DNA of 38,776 bases from Ruminococcus flavefaciens (GTDB lineage Bacteria > Bacillota > Clostridia > Oscillospirales > Ruminococcaceae), in the NCBI GenBank assembly GCA_902780115.1, contig CACZEJ010000001.1:1-38776 (forward strand), written 5' to 3'. Shown one piece after another: positions 1-8,290 of this stretch. The position numbers were made by a program, and so were the translations under genes. Below the pieces are notes generated by a model. It was not told the DNA's origin and made no database searches. It worked only from the letters and a program-made list of their open reading frames with translations. How positions within the stretch are numbered: the first letter of the stretch is position 1; each line of letters opens with the position of its first letter.

Positions 1-99
1 CTTTCGGTTCGGTCGGTGTTTCTGCTTTGCAGAGGTGTCCACTGGACACCCACACCGTTTCGCCGCCCGTTTGTTACACAACACATACAATGAATTAAA

Positions 100-127
100 C
101 CCCGAAGCATCTTGAAATGCTTCGGGG
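100..127 (-). terminator. Intrinsic terminator of the amino acid symporter gene
   Basis: 11-bp stem CCCCGAAGCAT/ATGCTTCGGGG just past the stop at 135; short T-run follows on the minus strand. Confidence 0.7.
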
Positions 128-134
128 GTTGGTG

Positions 135-1556
135 TTAATCCTGTACTTTTCCTGCTTTAAGTCTTGAGAGGAAGTCTTTTGTCTCCGCCGAGACAACTCC
201 CGAAAGGAGTATGAGTGCGATGACATTCGGAAGAGCCATAAGTCCGTTGAATATATCCGCAAGCATCCATACAGCCTTTACCGTGAGGTATGGTCCTATG
301 AATACGGCAGCGATATAGAGCCATTTATAAGCATTCCTTACGGCTTTTTTTGAGCCTGTCAGATAGGACAGACAGCGCTCGGAATAGTAGTTCCAGCCGA
401 GGATAGTAGTGAATGCGAATACTGCAAGGCATACCATAAGTATGAATGACGATACCCTCTCAGGGAACGGCAGTCCGTAGCTGAAAGCGTCGGTGGTTAT
501 AGACACGCCTTCAAGACCCTTTTCGTGGCTTCCTGCCATGACGATGGAGAGACCTGTCATGGTGCAGACGATAATAGTGTCGATGAAAGTTCCTGTCATG
601 GTAACGAGTCCCTGTCTTGCAGGCTCGCTGGTCTTAGCGGCAGCTGCTGCGATAGGTGCAGAGCCCAGACCTGCTTCGTTTGAGAAGATACCTCTTGCAA
701 CGCCGTTCCTCATGGAGAGCATGATGACGGAAGTTCCTGCGATACCTCCTGCAATAGGTCTCAGACCGAAAGCTCCCTTGATTATTTCGGATACAGCGTT
801 CGGGATCTCTGTAACGTGGCAGCAGATGATAATGAGACAGCAGCCTATATATGTGACGATCATTGCAGGGACTATGATCTCGGATATCTTTGCGATGCGC
901 TTGATACCGCCGATAACGATAAGTGCTGCGAGGACAGTGATTATCGCACCTGCAATAATTGTTGTGAGAGTATGCTCCGTACCGAGAATAGAAATGGTAT
1001 GTTCAGCTTTTGGGTCGAAGAAGTTGTTAGCAGCCGATGTTATGCCGTTTATCTGAGTGATAGTTCCTATACCCATAAGACCTGCCAGAAGTCCGAATAC
1101 CGCAAACATCTTACCGAGCCACTTCCAGCGCTTTCCGAGACCGTTCTCGATGTAGTAGAAAGGACCGCCGAGGATATCGCCGTTTTCGTCCTTTATCCTG
1201 TACTTTACAGCAAGAAGTCCTTCTGCGTATTTTGTAGCCATGCCGAAGAAAGCAGCGACCTCCATCCAGAGCAGAGCTCCCGCACCGCCTGCTGCGACGG
1301 CAGTAGCGACACCGACGATATTGCCTGTTCCGACTGTAGCTGAAAGAGCTGTACACAGAGCCGAGAAGCTGGACACCTCGCCGCTGCCCGAATCCTCATT
1401 TTTCAGCATATATTTGAGTGCCTTGCCCAGCTTTCTTACCTGAACGAAGCCCAGTCTTACGGTGAGCAGGACACCGCAGGCGATTATGAGTATTATCAGC
1501 GGCAATCCCCAGACGTAATCGTCGATAGTGGAAATAATGTCGTTGAATTTTTCCAT
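135..1556 (-). CDS. Sodium:alanine/glycine symporter (AGCS family)
   Basis: 473 aa, multi-TM; family motifs TVGTGNI.GVA, GGPFYYI, RGIFSNEAGLGSAPIA, FIDTIIVCTMT; AAGGAG RBS upstream. Confidence 0.95.
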   Translation of the reverse strand: MEKFNDIISTIDDYVWGLPLIILIIACGVLLTVRLGFVQVRKLGKALKYMLKNEDSGSGEVSSFSALCTALSATVGTGNIVGVATAVAAGGAGALLWMEVAAFFGMATKYAEGLLAVKYRIKDENGDILGGPFYYIENGLGKRWKWLGKMFAVFGLLAGLMGIGTITQINGITSAANNFFDPKAEHTISILGTEHTLTTIIAGAIITVLAALIVIGGIKRIAKISEIIVPAMIVTYIGCCLIIICCHVTEIPNAVSEIIKGAFGLRPIAGGIAGTSVIMLSMRNGVARGIFSNEAGLGSAPIAAAAAKTSEPARQGLVTMTGTFIDTIIVCTMTGLSIVMAGSHEKGLEGVSITTDAFSYGLPFPERVSSFILMVCLAVFAFTTILGWNYYSERCLSYLTGSKKAVRNAYKWLYIAAVFIGPYLTVKAVWMLADIFNGLMALPNVIALILLSGVVSAETKDFLSRLKAGKVQD

Positions 1557-1598
1557 AGACGCATCTCCTTGGTTGTTAAATTTTTCTCAATCTCACAG

Positions 1599-1628
1599 AT
1601 TATACCATATATATGAGGGATAAGTCAA
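1599..1628 (-). promoter_or_regulatory. Sigma70/SigA promoter of the symporter
   Basis: Minus strand TTGACT-18 bp-TATAAT with TGn extended -10. Confidence 0.65.
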
Positions 1629-1712
1629 GTGAAAAAGCGCTGATTCGGTGGGAAATCGGATAATAATGTTATTACAAAGGAGGTGTGCTTTTTGCTTATC
1701 AGATAAACAAAA

Positions 1713-1738
1713 AGGGAACACCTTTTAAGGTGTTCCCT
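1713..1738. repeat. Terminator hairpin, left target duplication of MITE copy 1
   Basis: AGGGAACACCTTTTAAGGTGTTCCCT, identical to 1929-1954; A-run at 1709-1713 gives the minus-strand U-tract. Confidence 0.9.
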
Positions 1739-1928
1739 CAGCTTGTTGAAAAAGACGATTTCAACTAATAACGGGATTCCAAAGGGACTGTGTTCCTTTG
1801 GCAGAGTCCAGAGGCAGCGCCTTTGGTAGGGTGTGGGGCAAAGCCCCACAAATAGGACTGTTTTTTAAGAGGGAACGCCTTGCAAGAGAAGGCGTTCCCT
1901 AATGAAATTGGGGTTTATTGACAGACTG
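1739..1928. mobile_element. MITE-like non-autonomous element, copy 1 (190 bp)
   Basis: Near-identical to 4900-5107; imperfect terminal IRs CAGCTTGTTGAAAAA...TTTATTGACAGACTG; flanked by a 26-bp direct repeat; four internal hairpins. Confidence 0.88.
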
Positions 1929-1954
1929 AGGGAACACCTTTTAAGGTGTTCCCT
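1929..1954. repeat. Right target duplication of MITE copy 1
   Basis: Exact 26-bp copy of 1713-1738. Confidence 0.9.
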
Positions 1955-1982
1955 GCAATAATTATGCTGTTTAAGAATAAGT

Positions 1983-2891
1983 TCACTTAACAGTAGTAAC
2001 GTCGCTTCCGAACCACTTTGTTGAGATCTCGCCGAGCTTTCCGTCAGCCTTCATCTCGCTGAGAGTCTTCTGGACTTCGTCGCGGAGTGCCTGATCTTCC
2101 TTTCTGAATCCGATAGCGTACTCCTCAGCTTCGAGGTTGCCGTCGAGTATCACGTAGTCCTTATCGTTTGAAGTGATGAAGTAGTTTGCAACTACTGAAT
2201 CAAGGAATACAGCGTCAGAGAAGCCAAGCTCCATCTGGTTAAGAGCTGTAACGTTGTCTTCGAGAGGTGACTCTGTGATATCCTTGTAGAGGTCGGCAGC
2301 TTCGAGTATCTCCTGAGCAGTAGAACCTGTCTGAACGCCGATGGTCTTGCCCTTGAGGTCGTCCATGGACTTGATATCGCTTTTTGCGGGTACAACGAAT
2401 ATCATCTCGTTCTTCATGTAAGGCTCTGAGAGGTTCATTGCCTCAGCTCTTGCAGGATTTATCGACATACCGTTCCAGATGCAGTCGATCTTGCCCACAT
2501 TGAGGTCTTCTTCCTTTGTATCCCAGTTGATAGGCTGCTTGATGAGCTCAACGCCTAATCTGTCGCATACTTCCTGAGCAACGTCGATATCAAAGCCTAT
2601 GATCTCATTGCTCTCGTCTGTGAAGCCCATAGGAGGGAAGCTTGCATCGAGACCGAGAACCAGCTTCTTCTCGTCGAGTACCTTCTGGAGGGAGTTGTCC
2701 TCAGCTGAAGCATCTGTACCGGCTGCGGTAGATGTTTCATCGGAAGCAGCTGTTGTTGTAGCTTCTGTAGCAGACTCCTTTGACTCGGAAGTTGTCGAAG
2801 TGTTGTTCGGATCAGAGCAGCCTGCCATAGCGGACATCATTGCAACAGAGGCAATACCTGCCAAAAGGCTTCTGAACACATTTCTTTTCAT
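1983..2891 (-). CDS. Polar amino acid ABC transporter substrate-binding lipoprotein (SBP family 3)
   Basis: Lipobox AMAGC, S/T-rich linker, GLDASFPPMGF, GFDIDVA, YAIGFRK, ISTKWFG; no permease or ATPase gene adjacent. Confidence 0.93.
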   Translation of the reverse strand: MKRNVFRSLLAGIASVAMMSAMAGCSDPNNTSTTSESKESATEATTTAASDETSTAAGTDASAEDNSLQKVLDEKKLVLGLDASFPPMGFTDESNEIIGFDIDVAQEVCDRLGVELIKQPINWDTKEEDLNVGKIDCIWNGMSINPARAEAMNLSEPYMKNEMIFVVPAKSDIKSMDDLKGKTIGVQTGSTAQEILEAADLYKDITESPLEDNVTALNQMELGFSDAVFLDSVVANYFITSNDKDYVILDGNLEAEEYAIGFRKEDQALRDEVQKTLSEMKADGKLGEISTKWFGSDVTTVK

Positions 2892-3000
2892 TTGGATTTC
2901 CTCGCTTTCAGAATTAAAACATTAATGATACACATATCATAGCACATTTGACCCGTAGTGTAAAGACCGTGGAAATGGTTTTGGAACATCATATAAATAA

Positions 3001-3028
3001 TTGCAATACGTGGCATATGTGGTATAAT
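3001..3028 (+). promoter_or_regulatory. SigA promoter of the ABC-F gene
   Basis: TTGCAA-16 bp-TATAAT with TGn extended -10. Confidence 0.65.
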
Positions 3029-3076
3029 TGACATTGCTGTACCTTAGTAAGCAGTGAATAGTAAGTAGAAAGTAGT

Positions 3077-3099
3077 GTAGGGCGATGTCCGCATCGTCC
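3077..3099 (+). repeat. GTAG-type REP-like hairpin in the ABC-F 5' leader
   Basis: GTAG followed by GGCGATG-TCCG-CATCGTCC; same architecture as the hairpins at 20075, 20134, 20775 and 21626. Confidence 0.5.
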
Positions 3100-3130
3100 G
3101 ATCAAATACCAAAAAATAACGGAGGAAAAT

Positions 3131-4735
3131 ATGATAACAGTAAGTAATGTAAGTGTTCAGTTTGGCGGCTCAACACTTTTTAAAAATGTAAATCTTAAAT
3201 TTACGAATGGTAACTGCTACGGCGTTATCGGTGCAAACGGTGCAGGAAAGTCCACTTTCCTCCGTGTGCTTTGCGGCGAGCTTGAACCTGCTTCGGGCGA
3301 GGTGGTAATGCCCAAGGAGGAGCGTCTCAGCGTTCTCAAACAGGATCACTTCGCATACGACGAGTATACCGTTCTTGATACCGTAATAATGGGAAATGCC
3401 CGTCTTTACGAGATAATGCAGGAAAAGGACGCTCTTTACGCAAAAGAGGACTTCTCAGAGGAGGACGGCGTAAAGGCTTCTGAGCTTGAAGGCGAGTTTG
3501 CCGAGCTCAACGGCTGGGAGGCTGAATCCGACGCATCAAAGCTCATACAGGGTCTGGGACTTTCCGAGGATATACTTTATACTCAGATGTCGATGCTTTC
3601 GGGTAATGAAAAGGTAAAGGTGCTTCTTGCGCAGGCGCTTTTCGGCAATCCTGATATAATACTCCTCGACGAGCCTACGAACCACCTCGATATAGACGCA
3701 GTGCGCTGGCTGGAAGAATTCCTTTCCGAGTACTTCGGTACGGTAATCGTCGTATCCCACGACCGTCACTTCCTCAATAACGTCTGCACCCACATCGTTG
3801 ATATCGACTACAACAAGATAAAGATGTACGTAGGTAACTATGAGTTCTGGTACGAGTCCAGCCAGCTCATACAGCGCATGATAAAGCAGCAGAACAAGAA
3901 GAACGAGGAGAAGATAAAGGAACTCAAGGACTTTATCGCACGATTCTCCGCAAACAAGTCCAAGTCCAATCAGGCTACATCACGCCGAAAGCTCATCGAG
4001 AAGCTCACTGTTGAGGAGCTCCCTGCATCGAGCAGAAGATACCCGTTCATTGGATTTGATATGGACAGGGATCTGGGCAAGGACATTCTTCAGGTGGACG
4101 GCATTTCAAAGACCGTTGACGGCGTAAAGCTTCTTGACAACGTAAGCTTTACCCTGGGAAGAAACGATAAGGTAGCTTTTGTCGGCGAGAGCGAGCAGGC
4201 TATCACAATGCTGTTCAAGATACTCATGGAAGAGGAGCAGCCCGACAGCGGAAGCTTCAAATGGGGCGTATCCGTAACTACTTCGTATATGCCTGTTGAC
4301 AACTCGGAGTACTTCAACGGCTGCGAGCTGTCGATACTGGACTGGATAAGGCAGTATTCAGTAAAGGACGAGACTGAGACCTATCTCCGCGGCTTCCTCG
4401 GACGAATGCTGTTCTCGGGCGATGACGTATACAAGCCTGTAAATGTACTTTCAGGAGGCGAGAAGGTGAGATGTATGTTCTCACGCATGATGCTTTTCGG
4501 CTCTAATGTTCTTGTGCTTGACCGTCCGACCAACCACCTTGACCTCGAAAGCATAACCGCTGTAAACAACAGCCTTATCAACTTCAAGGGAGTTGTTCTC
4601 CTTGCATCTCACGACCACGAGATCATGCAGACTACTGCAAACCGCATAATCGAGATACTTCCCGAGGGCTGTCTGGACAGACAGGGAACCTATGAGGAGT
4701 TCATTGAATTCAAGAAGTCAAACGGACTTCTCTGA
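3131..4735 (+). CDS. ABC-F family ribosome-associated ATPase (YbiT/YkpA-like)
   Basis: 534 aa, two NBDs, no TM; GANGAGKS, LSGNEK, LLDEPTNHLD, VVSHDRHFL; NBD2 has LSGGEK and LDRPTNHLD; GGAGG RBS. Confidence 0.93.
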   Translation: MITVSNVSVQFGGSTLFKNVNLKFTNGNCYGVIGANGAGKSTFLRVLCGELEPASGEVVMPKEERLSVLKQDHFAYDEYTVLDTVIMGNARLYEIMQEKDALYAKEDFSEEDGVKASELEGEFAELNGWEAESDASKLIQGLGLSEDILYTQMSMLSGNEKVKVLLAQALFGNPDIILLDEPTNHLDIDAVRWLEEFLSEYFGTVIVVSHDRHFLNNVCTHIVDIDYNKIKMYVGNYEFWYESSQLIQRMIKQQNKKNEEKIKELKDFIARFSANKSKSNQATSRRKLIEKLTVEELPASSRRYPFIGFDMDRDLGKDILQVDGISKTVDGVKLLDNVSFTLGRNDKVAFVGESEQAITMLFKILMEEEQPDSGSFKWGVSVTTSYMPVDNSEYFNGCELSILDWIRQYSVKDETETYLRGFLGRMLFSGDDVYKPVNVLSGGEKVRCMFSRMMLFGSNVLVLDRPTNHLDLESITAVNNSLINFKGVVLLASHDHEIMQTTANRIIEILPEGCLDRQGTYEEFIEFKKSNGLL

Positions 4736-4788
4736 TATAAGTTTGGCTCTGCCGCAGCCGCGATGCAAAAATGTAAGCATAGAATATG

Positions 4789-4870
4789 AACGGGATCCCA
4801 AAGGGACTGTGGCAGCGACCAGCGAAACAATACTAAGGCGTTTCCTAATGAAACAGAGTTTTTGACATAC
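4789..4870. repeat. Decayed, internally deleted relative of the MITE
   Basis: 4789-4811 matches 1770-1792 at 22/23; 4835-4853 matches 1889-1907 at 18/19; 4856-4870 resembles the MITE right end. Confidence 0.7.
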
Positions 4871-4872
4871 AA

Positions 4873-4899
4873 AAGCCGAAGCGATGAGCTTCGGCTTTT
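4873..4899. repeat. Terminator hairpin, left target duplication of MITE copy 2
   Basis: AAGCCGAAGCGATGAGCTTCGGCTTTT, identical to 5108-5134. Confidence 0.9.
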
Positions 4900-5107
4900 C
4901 AGCTTGTCGAAAAAGTCGATTTCAACTAATAAAGGGATTCCAAAGGGACTGTGTTCCTTTGGCAGAGTCCAGAGGCAGCGCCTTTGGTAGGGTGTGGGGC
5001 AAAGCCCCACAAACAGCCTCAAAGCGCCTCGCTGGACTGTTTTTTAAGAGGGAACGCCTTGCAAGAGAAGGCGTTCCCTAATGAAATTGGGGTTTATTGA
5101 CAGACTG
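4900..5107. mobile_element. MITE-like element, copy 2 (208 bp)
   Basis: Same as 1739-1928 except a few substitutions and a net 18 extra bp after GCCCCACAAA; flanked by a 27-bp direct repeat unrelated to the copy-1 target. Confidence 0.88.
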
Positions 5108-5134
5108 AAGCCGAAGCGATGAGCTTCGGCTTTT
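5108..5134. terminator. Bidirectional terminator, right target duplication of MITE copy 2
   Basis: Stem AAGCCGAAGC/GCTTCGGCTT with T-run, between the convergent ABC-F and lipoprotein genes. Confidence 0.85.
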
Positions 5135-5137
5135 TGC

Positions 5138-5863
5138 TTATTCGGATTCATAGGGCAGGAGATATTTCGTGCAGAGGTCGCGCCACTGCATATATTCGGG
5201 CAGGGAATGTACCTGCTCGATGGCAGCATTTGCCTCCTTGTCCTGCACTGTGCTTATGTAACCCTGAGTATTTACGTATGATCGGTACATCTCACCGCCG
5301 ATTATCAGGTCGATGAAAATGTATTCGTTCTCGACATAGTCGTGGACTGCCTCCTCCTGAGTTTGCTGAACATTGCAGGCACTGAACGGGTCAGCATTTG
5401 AGATATGCCCGGAGATGACAGACAGCTTTTCATCGTTCAGGCTGTCGAAGTCATAGGTATCTCCGAACAGCATAAAATCGTCGTCCCTTGTTTCGGACAG
5501 ATACGCAGCGAGCCAGATATCGTCGTCGAGCTGATAATTCTCCTCGAAAGTATCGCTGTCCTTCCATAGTCGGTTGTGTTTGTCGATATTGCCTTCATTG
5601 TGCATATAAAATCCGCACCATACTCTGCCGTCTGATTCGATAAAAAAGTCTGATTTTGTGTAAGAGTTGATATTGTAGATCCTTTCACGATAGATGATAC
5701 GGCTTTGGCTGGAGCTGCTTGCTGGATTTTCTGAGAGAGCAGTATTGATGATCTCAGTAACACTTTCCGTCATGACCTCCTGTGAGCCGTCCGAAGAATT
5801 CGTATCGGCAGCACAGCCCATGAGCATTAGTGTAGCTAAAGCGGCTGCTGTAAGTCGTTTCAT
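5138..5863 (-). CDS. Hypothetical lipoprotein
   Basis: 241 aa; lipobox LMLMGC, acidic mature part, AGGAGG RBS; last gene of the nth-sirtuin run. Confidence 0.8.
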   Translation of the reverse strand: MKRLTAAALATLMLMGCAADTNSSDGSQEVMTESVTEIINTALSENPASSSSQSRIIYRERIYNINSYTKSDFFIESDGRVWCGFYMHNEGNIDKHNRLWKDSDTFEENYQLDDDIWLAAYLSETRDDDFMLFGDTYDFDSLNDEKLSVISGHISNADPFSACNVQQTQEEAVHDYVENEYIFIDLIIGGEMYRSYVNTQGYISTVQDKEANAAIEQVHSLPEYMQWRDLCTKYLLPYESE

Positions 5864-5876
5864 GTTGTTGATCCTC

Positions 5877-6590
5877 CTAAATACGGGAGAAGACCTCTCC
5901 TATCCTGTCGCAAATGAGCAGATCTGCCTGTTTATCCATCTGGGTCGGAGCCATATTTATGATAACGAGATTATTGCCCCTGAAATAGCGGATAAGACCT
6001 GCTGCGGGGTAAACATTCAGTGAAGTGCCGCCGATAATGAGGGTATCGGCAGCGGCGATGGAGCTGACAGCACCGTTTACCGTATCGTCGTTGAGGGATT
6101 CCTCATAGAGAACGACATCGGGCTTGACGATACCGCCGCATTCGCATTTGGGGATTCCCTGAGAGTTGATGATATATTCAACATCGTGGAATTTTCCGCA
6201 CTTTGAGCAGTAGTTGCGCAGTACGCTTCCGTGGAGCTCATACACTCTTTTGCTGCCGGCTGCCTGATGAAGACCGTCGATATTCTGAGTGACAACAGCC
6301 GAGAGCTTTCCCTGTTCTTCGAGCTGAGCAAGTTTCAGATGAGCTGCATTGGGCTTAGCGTCGAGACAAAGCATTTTAGCTCTGTAGAAGCGGTAGAATT
6401 CCTCCGTCTTGTGGACGAAGAATGTGTGGCTCAGGATAGTTTCGGGCGGATAGTCCCACTGCTGGTTGTACAGACCGTCCACGCTGCGAAAGTCGGGGAT
6501 ACCGCTTTCCGTTGAGACACCTGCGCCGCCGAAGAATACGATATTGCGGGAGTTCTTGACGATATCCGCAAGTTTTTCGATATTGTCCAT
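5877..6590 (-). CDS. cobB: NAD-dependent protein deacylase (Sir2/sirtuin)
   Basis: GAGVSTESGIPDFRS, TQNIDGLH, ELHGS, Zn-binding CSKC...CEC, KPDVVLYEE, GTSL.VYPAAGL. Confidence 0.95.
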   Translation of the reverse strand: MDNIEKLADIVKNSRNIVFFGGAGVSTESGIPDFRSVDGLYNQQWDYPPETILSHTFFVHKTEEFYRFYRAKMLCLDAKPNAAHLKLAQLEEQGKLSAVVTQNIDGLHQAAGSKRVYELHGSVLRNYCSKCGKFHDVEYIINSQGIPKCECGGIVKPDVVLYEESLNDDTVNGAVSSIAAADTLIIGGTSLNVYPAAGLIRYFRGNNLVIINMAPTQMDKQADLLICDRIGEVFSRI

Positions 6591-6594
6591 AGTC

Positions 6595-6990
6595 TCAGTC
6601 CCCCATTACTTTTACAAAGAATTTTCTTGTACGCGGACCGTCGAACTCGCAGAAGTAGATATCCTGCCACGTACCGAGAAGGAGCTTTCCGCCGCTGATG
6701 ATGATAGTTTCGCTTGCACCGACAGCAGAGGATTTGATATGAGCGTCGGAGTTGCCTTCAACGTGTCGGAACGCCTGCAAGTCAGGGAAGAAGCTGTCCA
6801 TGCCCTTGATGAAATCGGTCTGTACATCAGGGTCAGCGTTTTCATTTATAGTGATAGCTGCGGTTGTATGCGGACAAAAGACGATACATATACCCTCAAG
6901 TACGCCGCTTTCCTTTACAGCCTCACTGACCTCCCGCGTGATATCAACAAGACCTTCGGCGGGAGTACTAAGCTTGAAATTAAACAACAT
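6595..6990 (-). CDS. yjbQ: YjbQ/UPF0047 family protein (secondary thiamine-phosphate synthase)
   Basis: PHTTAAITINENADPDV, H.EGNSDAHIKS, LGTWQ.IYFCEFDGPR. Confidence 0.93.
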   Translation of the reverse strand: MLFNFKLSTPAEGLVDITREVSEAVKESGVLEGICIVFCPHTTAAITINENADPDVQTDFIKGMDSFFPDLQAFRHVEGNSDAHIKSSAVGASETIIISGGKLLLGTWQDIYFCEFDGPRTRKFFVKVMGD

Positions 6991-7066
6991 ATATACAAAA
7001 CTCCTTTCGTGAATTTGGTAGACTTTAGCCGCCAGCCTGTGGAGACGGCAAGATTTGGTATTGGAT

Positions 7067-7702
7067 TCAATGCTTTGAATTATAGAATCTACAGAAATAA
7101 TTCAGCGGACACTCTGTACACCTTGGCTTGCGGGCGTTGCAGATATCTCTGCCGAACTCTACTGTCCTGTGGCAGAAATCCGACGAGACTTCGGGCGGAA
7201 TGAGCTTAACAAGGTCTTTTTCGACCTTTGCAGGCTCCTTGTTTTTAGTCAGCCCGAGGCGACCTGTTATGCGGATACAGTGGGTATCCGTGACCATAGC
7301 AGGCTTCCCGAAAACATCTCCCAGCATAAGATTGGCAGTTTTTCTGCCGATTCCCGAGAGCGTAAGGAGCTCCTCCATAGTATCGGGAACTTCTCCGCCA
7401 AAGTCGTTTATAAGCTGCGAAGCCATTTCCTTCAGGCTTTTCGCCTTGTTATGATAGAAGCCACAGGGCTTTACGTCCTGTTCGAGCTCCGAAATATCGG
7501 CATTTGCAAAAGCTTCAAGGGTAGGGTACTTTTTAAAGAGAGTCTCCGTGACCACGTTTACCCTCGCATCGGTACACTGAGCGGCAAGTCTTGCAGCGAA
7601 CATAAGCTCATAGGGCTTGGAATAATTCAGACTGCAAGCTGCATCGGGGTAGAGCTTTTCCAGCTCTTTCACGGCGAGTTCGGCTATTTCTTTTTTGGTC
7701 AT
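7067..7702 (-). CDS. nth: Endonuclease III
   Basis: LAAQCTD, HhH motif LSGIGRKTANL, VTDTH, C-terminal C-X6-C-X2-C-X5-C 4Fe-4S cluster. Confidence 0.96.
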   Translation of the reverse strand: MTKKEIAELAVKELEKLYPDAACSLNYSKPYELMFAARLAAQCTDARVNVVTETLFKKYPTLEAFANADISELEQDVKPCGFYHNKAKSLKEMASQLINDFGGEVPDTMEELLTLSGIGRKTANLMLGDVFGKPAMVTDTHCIRITGRLGLTKNKEPAKVEKDLVKLIPPEVSSDFCHRTVEFGRDICNARKPRCTECPLNYFCRFYNSKH

Positions 7703-8058
7703 GGGGAGTTCTCCTTGAATTTTTTCTGTTTTTCGAGTATGCTGTCGTAGACCTTATACATTTTCTGTACGGTATTCTCGAGGAAGTAGTAGTGCTTTAT
7801 GTAGAACATGAGCAGTACCAGTATGATAGTAACGAGGATAAGCGCAGGGATATTGCTTCTGAATATGGTGACAGCCATGAATATAGTCAGGACAAGTGCA
7901 AAAAGCATAGTCACGAGGAAGTGGACGATCCTTTCGTGCTGCATGAAAGCGATCTTGTCCTTGTGTTCAGCCATTATTTCGGCAAGTTCGTCAGCGTCGG
8001 AGCACTTTTCGATGCGCTGTATGATGCAGTTCATATAATTAGTAAGGTATTCTGTCAT
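7699..8058 (-). CDS. Hypothetical two-TM membrane protein
   Basis: 119 aa; QHERIVHFLVT then two hydrophobic helices and HYYFLENTVQ; AAGGAG RBS; ATGA overlap with nth. Confidence 0.8.
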   Translation of the reverse strand: MTEYLTNYMNCIIQRIEKCSDADELAEIMAEHKDKIAFMQHERIVHFLVTMLFALVLTIFMAVTIFRSNIPALILVTIILVLLMFYIKHYYFLENTVQKMYKVYDSILEKQKKFKENSP

Positions 8059-8101
8059 TATACCACTCCTTCATGAACAAATTAGACTAATCTATAATAA
8101 A

Positions 8102-8130
8102 ATTATACACCTTTTTGGCAAAACTGTCAA
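8102..8130 (-). promoter_or_regulatory. SigA promoter of the membrane protein-nth operon
   Basis: Perfect TTGACA-17 bp-TATAAT on the minus strand. Confidence 0.8.
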
Positions 8131-8290
8131 TAGTTAATGGGCGAAACGATAAAATATATGCTGATATTTAACTAAAGCAGCGTTTAAGTAATATTTAAGT
8201 TAAATTTGAGCTTTATGTCAAAAAACTCTGTAGTCTATTGTGCACATATACGAATTTTTTTGCAGAAATGCAAACATTTTGTGTTTCTTA

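Noticed and set aside
1-68. Hairpin GGTGTCCA-C-TGGACACC in a GC-rich stretch at the window edge, possibly part of an intergenic repeat
   Set aside because: Truncated by the window start and single copy here, so it cannot be defined.
1676-1706. Orphan strong Shine-Dalgarno AAAGGAGGTG on the plus strand
   Set aside because: The best-spaced start (TTG 1692) gives a 4-codon ORF; no support for a real peptide.
1557-1712. Possible glycine riboswitch or T-box upstream of the alanine/glycine symporter
   Set aside because: The predicted promoter leaves a leader of only ~35 nt and no aptamer motifs are visible.
1625-5229. Short ORFs 1625-1849, 4690-5022, 4884-5081 and 5044-5229, two of which share GLCPTPYQRRCLWTLPKEHSPFGIPLLVEI
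   Set aside because: They are translations of the MITE; they run across element boundaries, differ outside it and lack RBSs.
5877-6590. Sir2 gene as an anti-phage defence component (Thoeris/DSR-like)
   Set aside because: It is a canonical short Zn-binding deacylase in a housekeeping operon with no defence partners.
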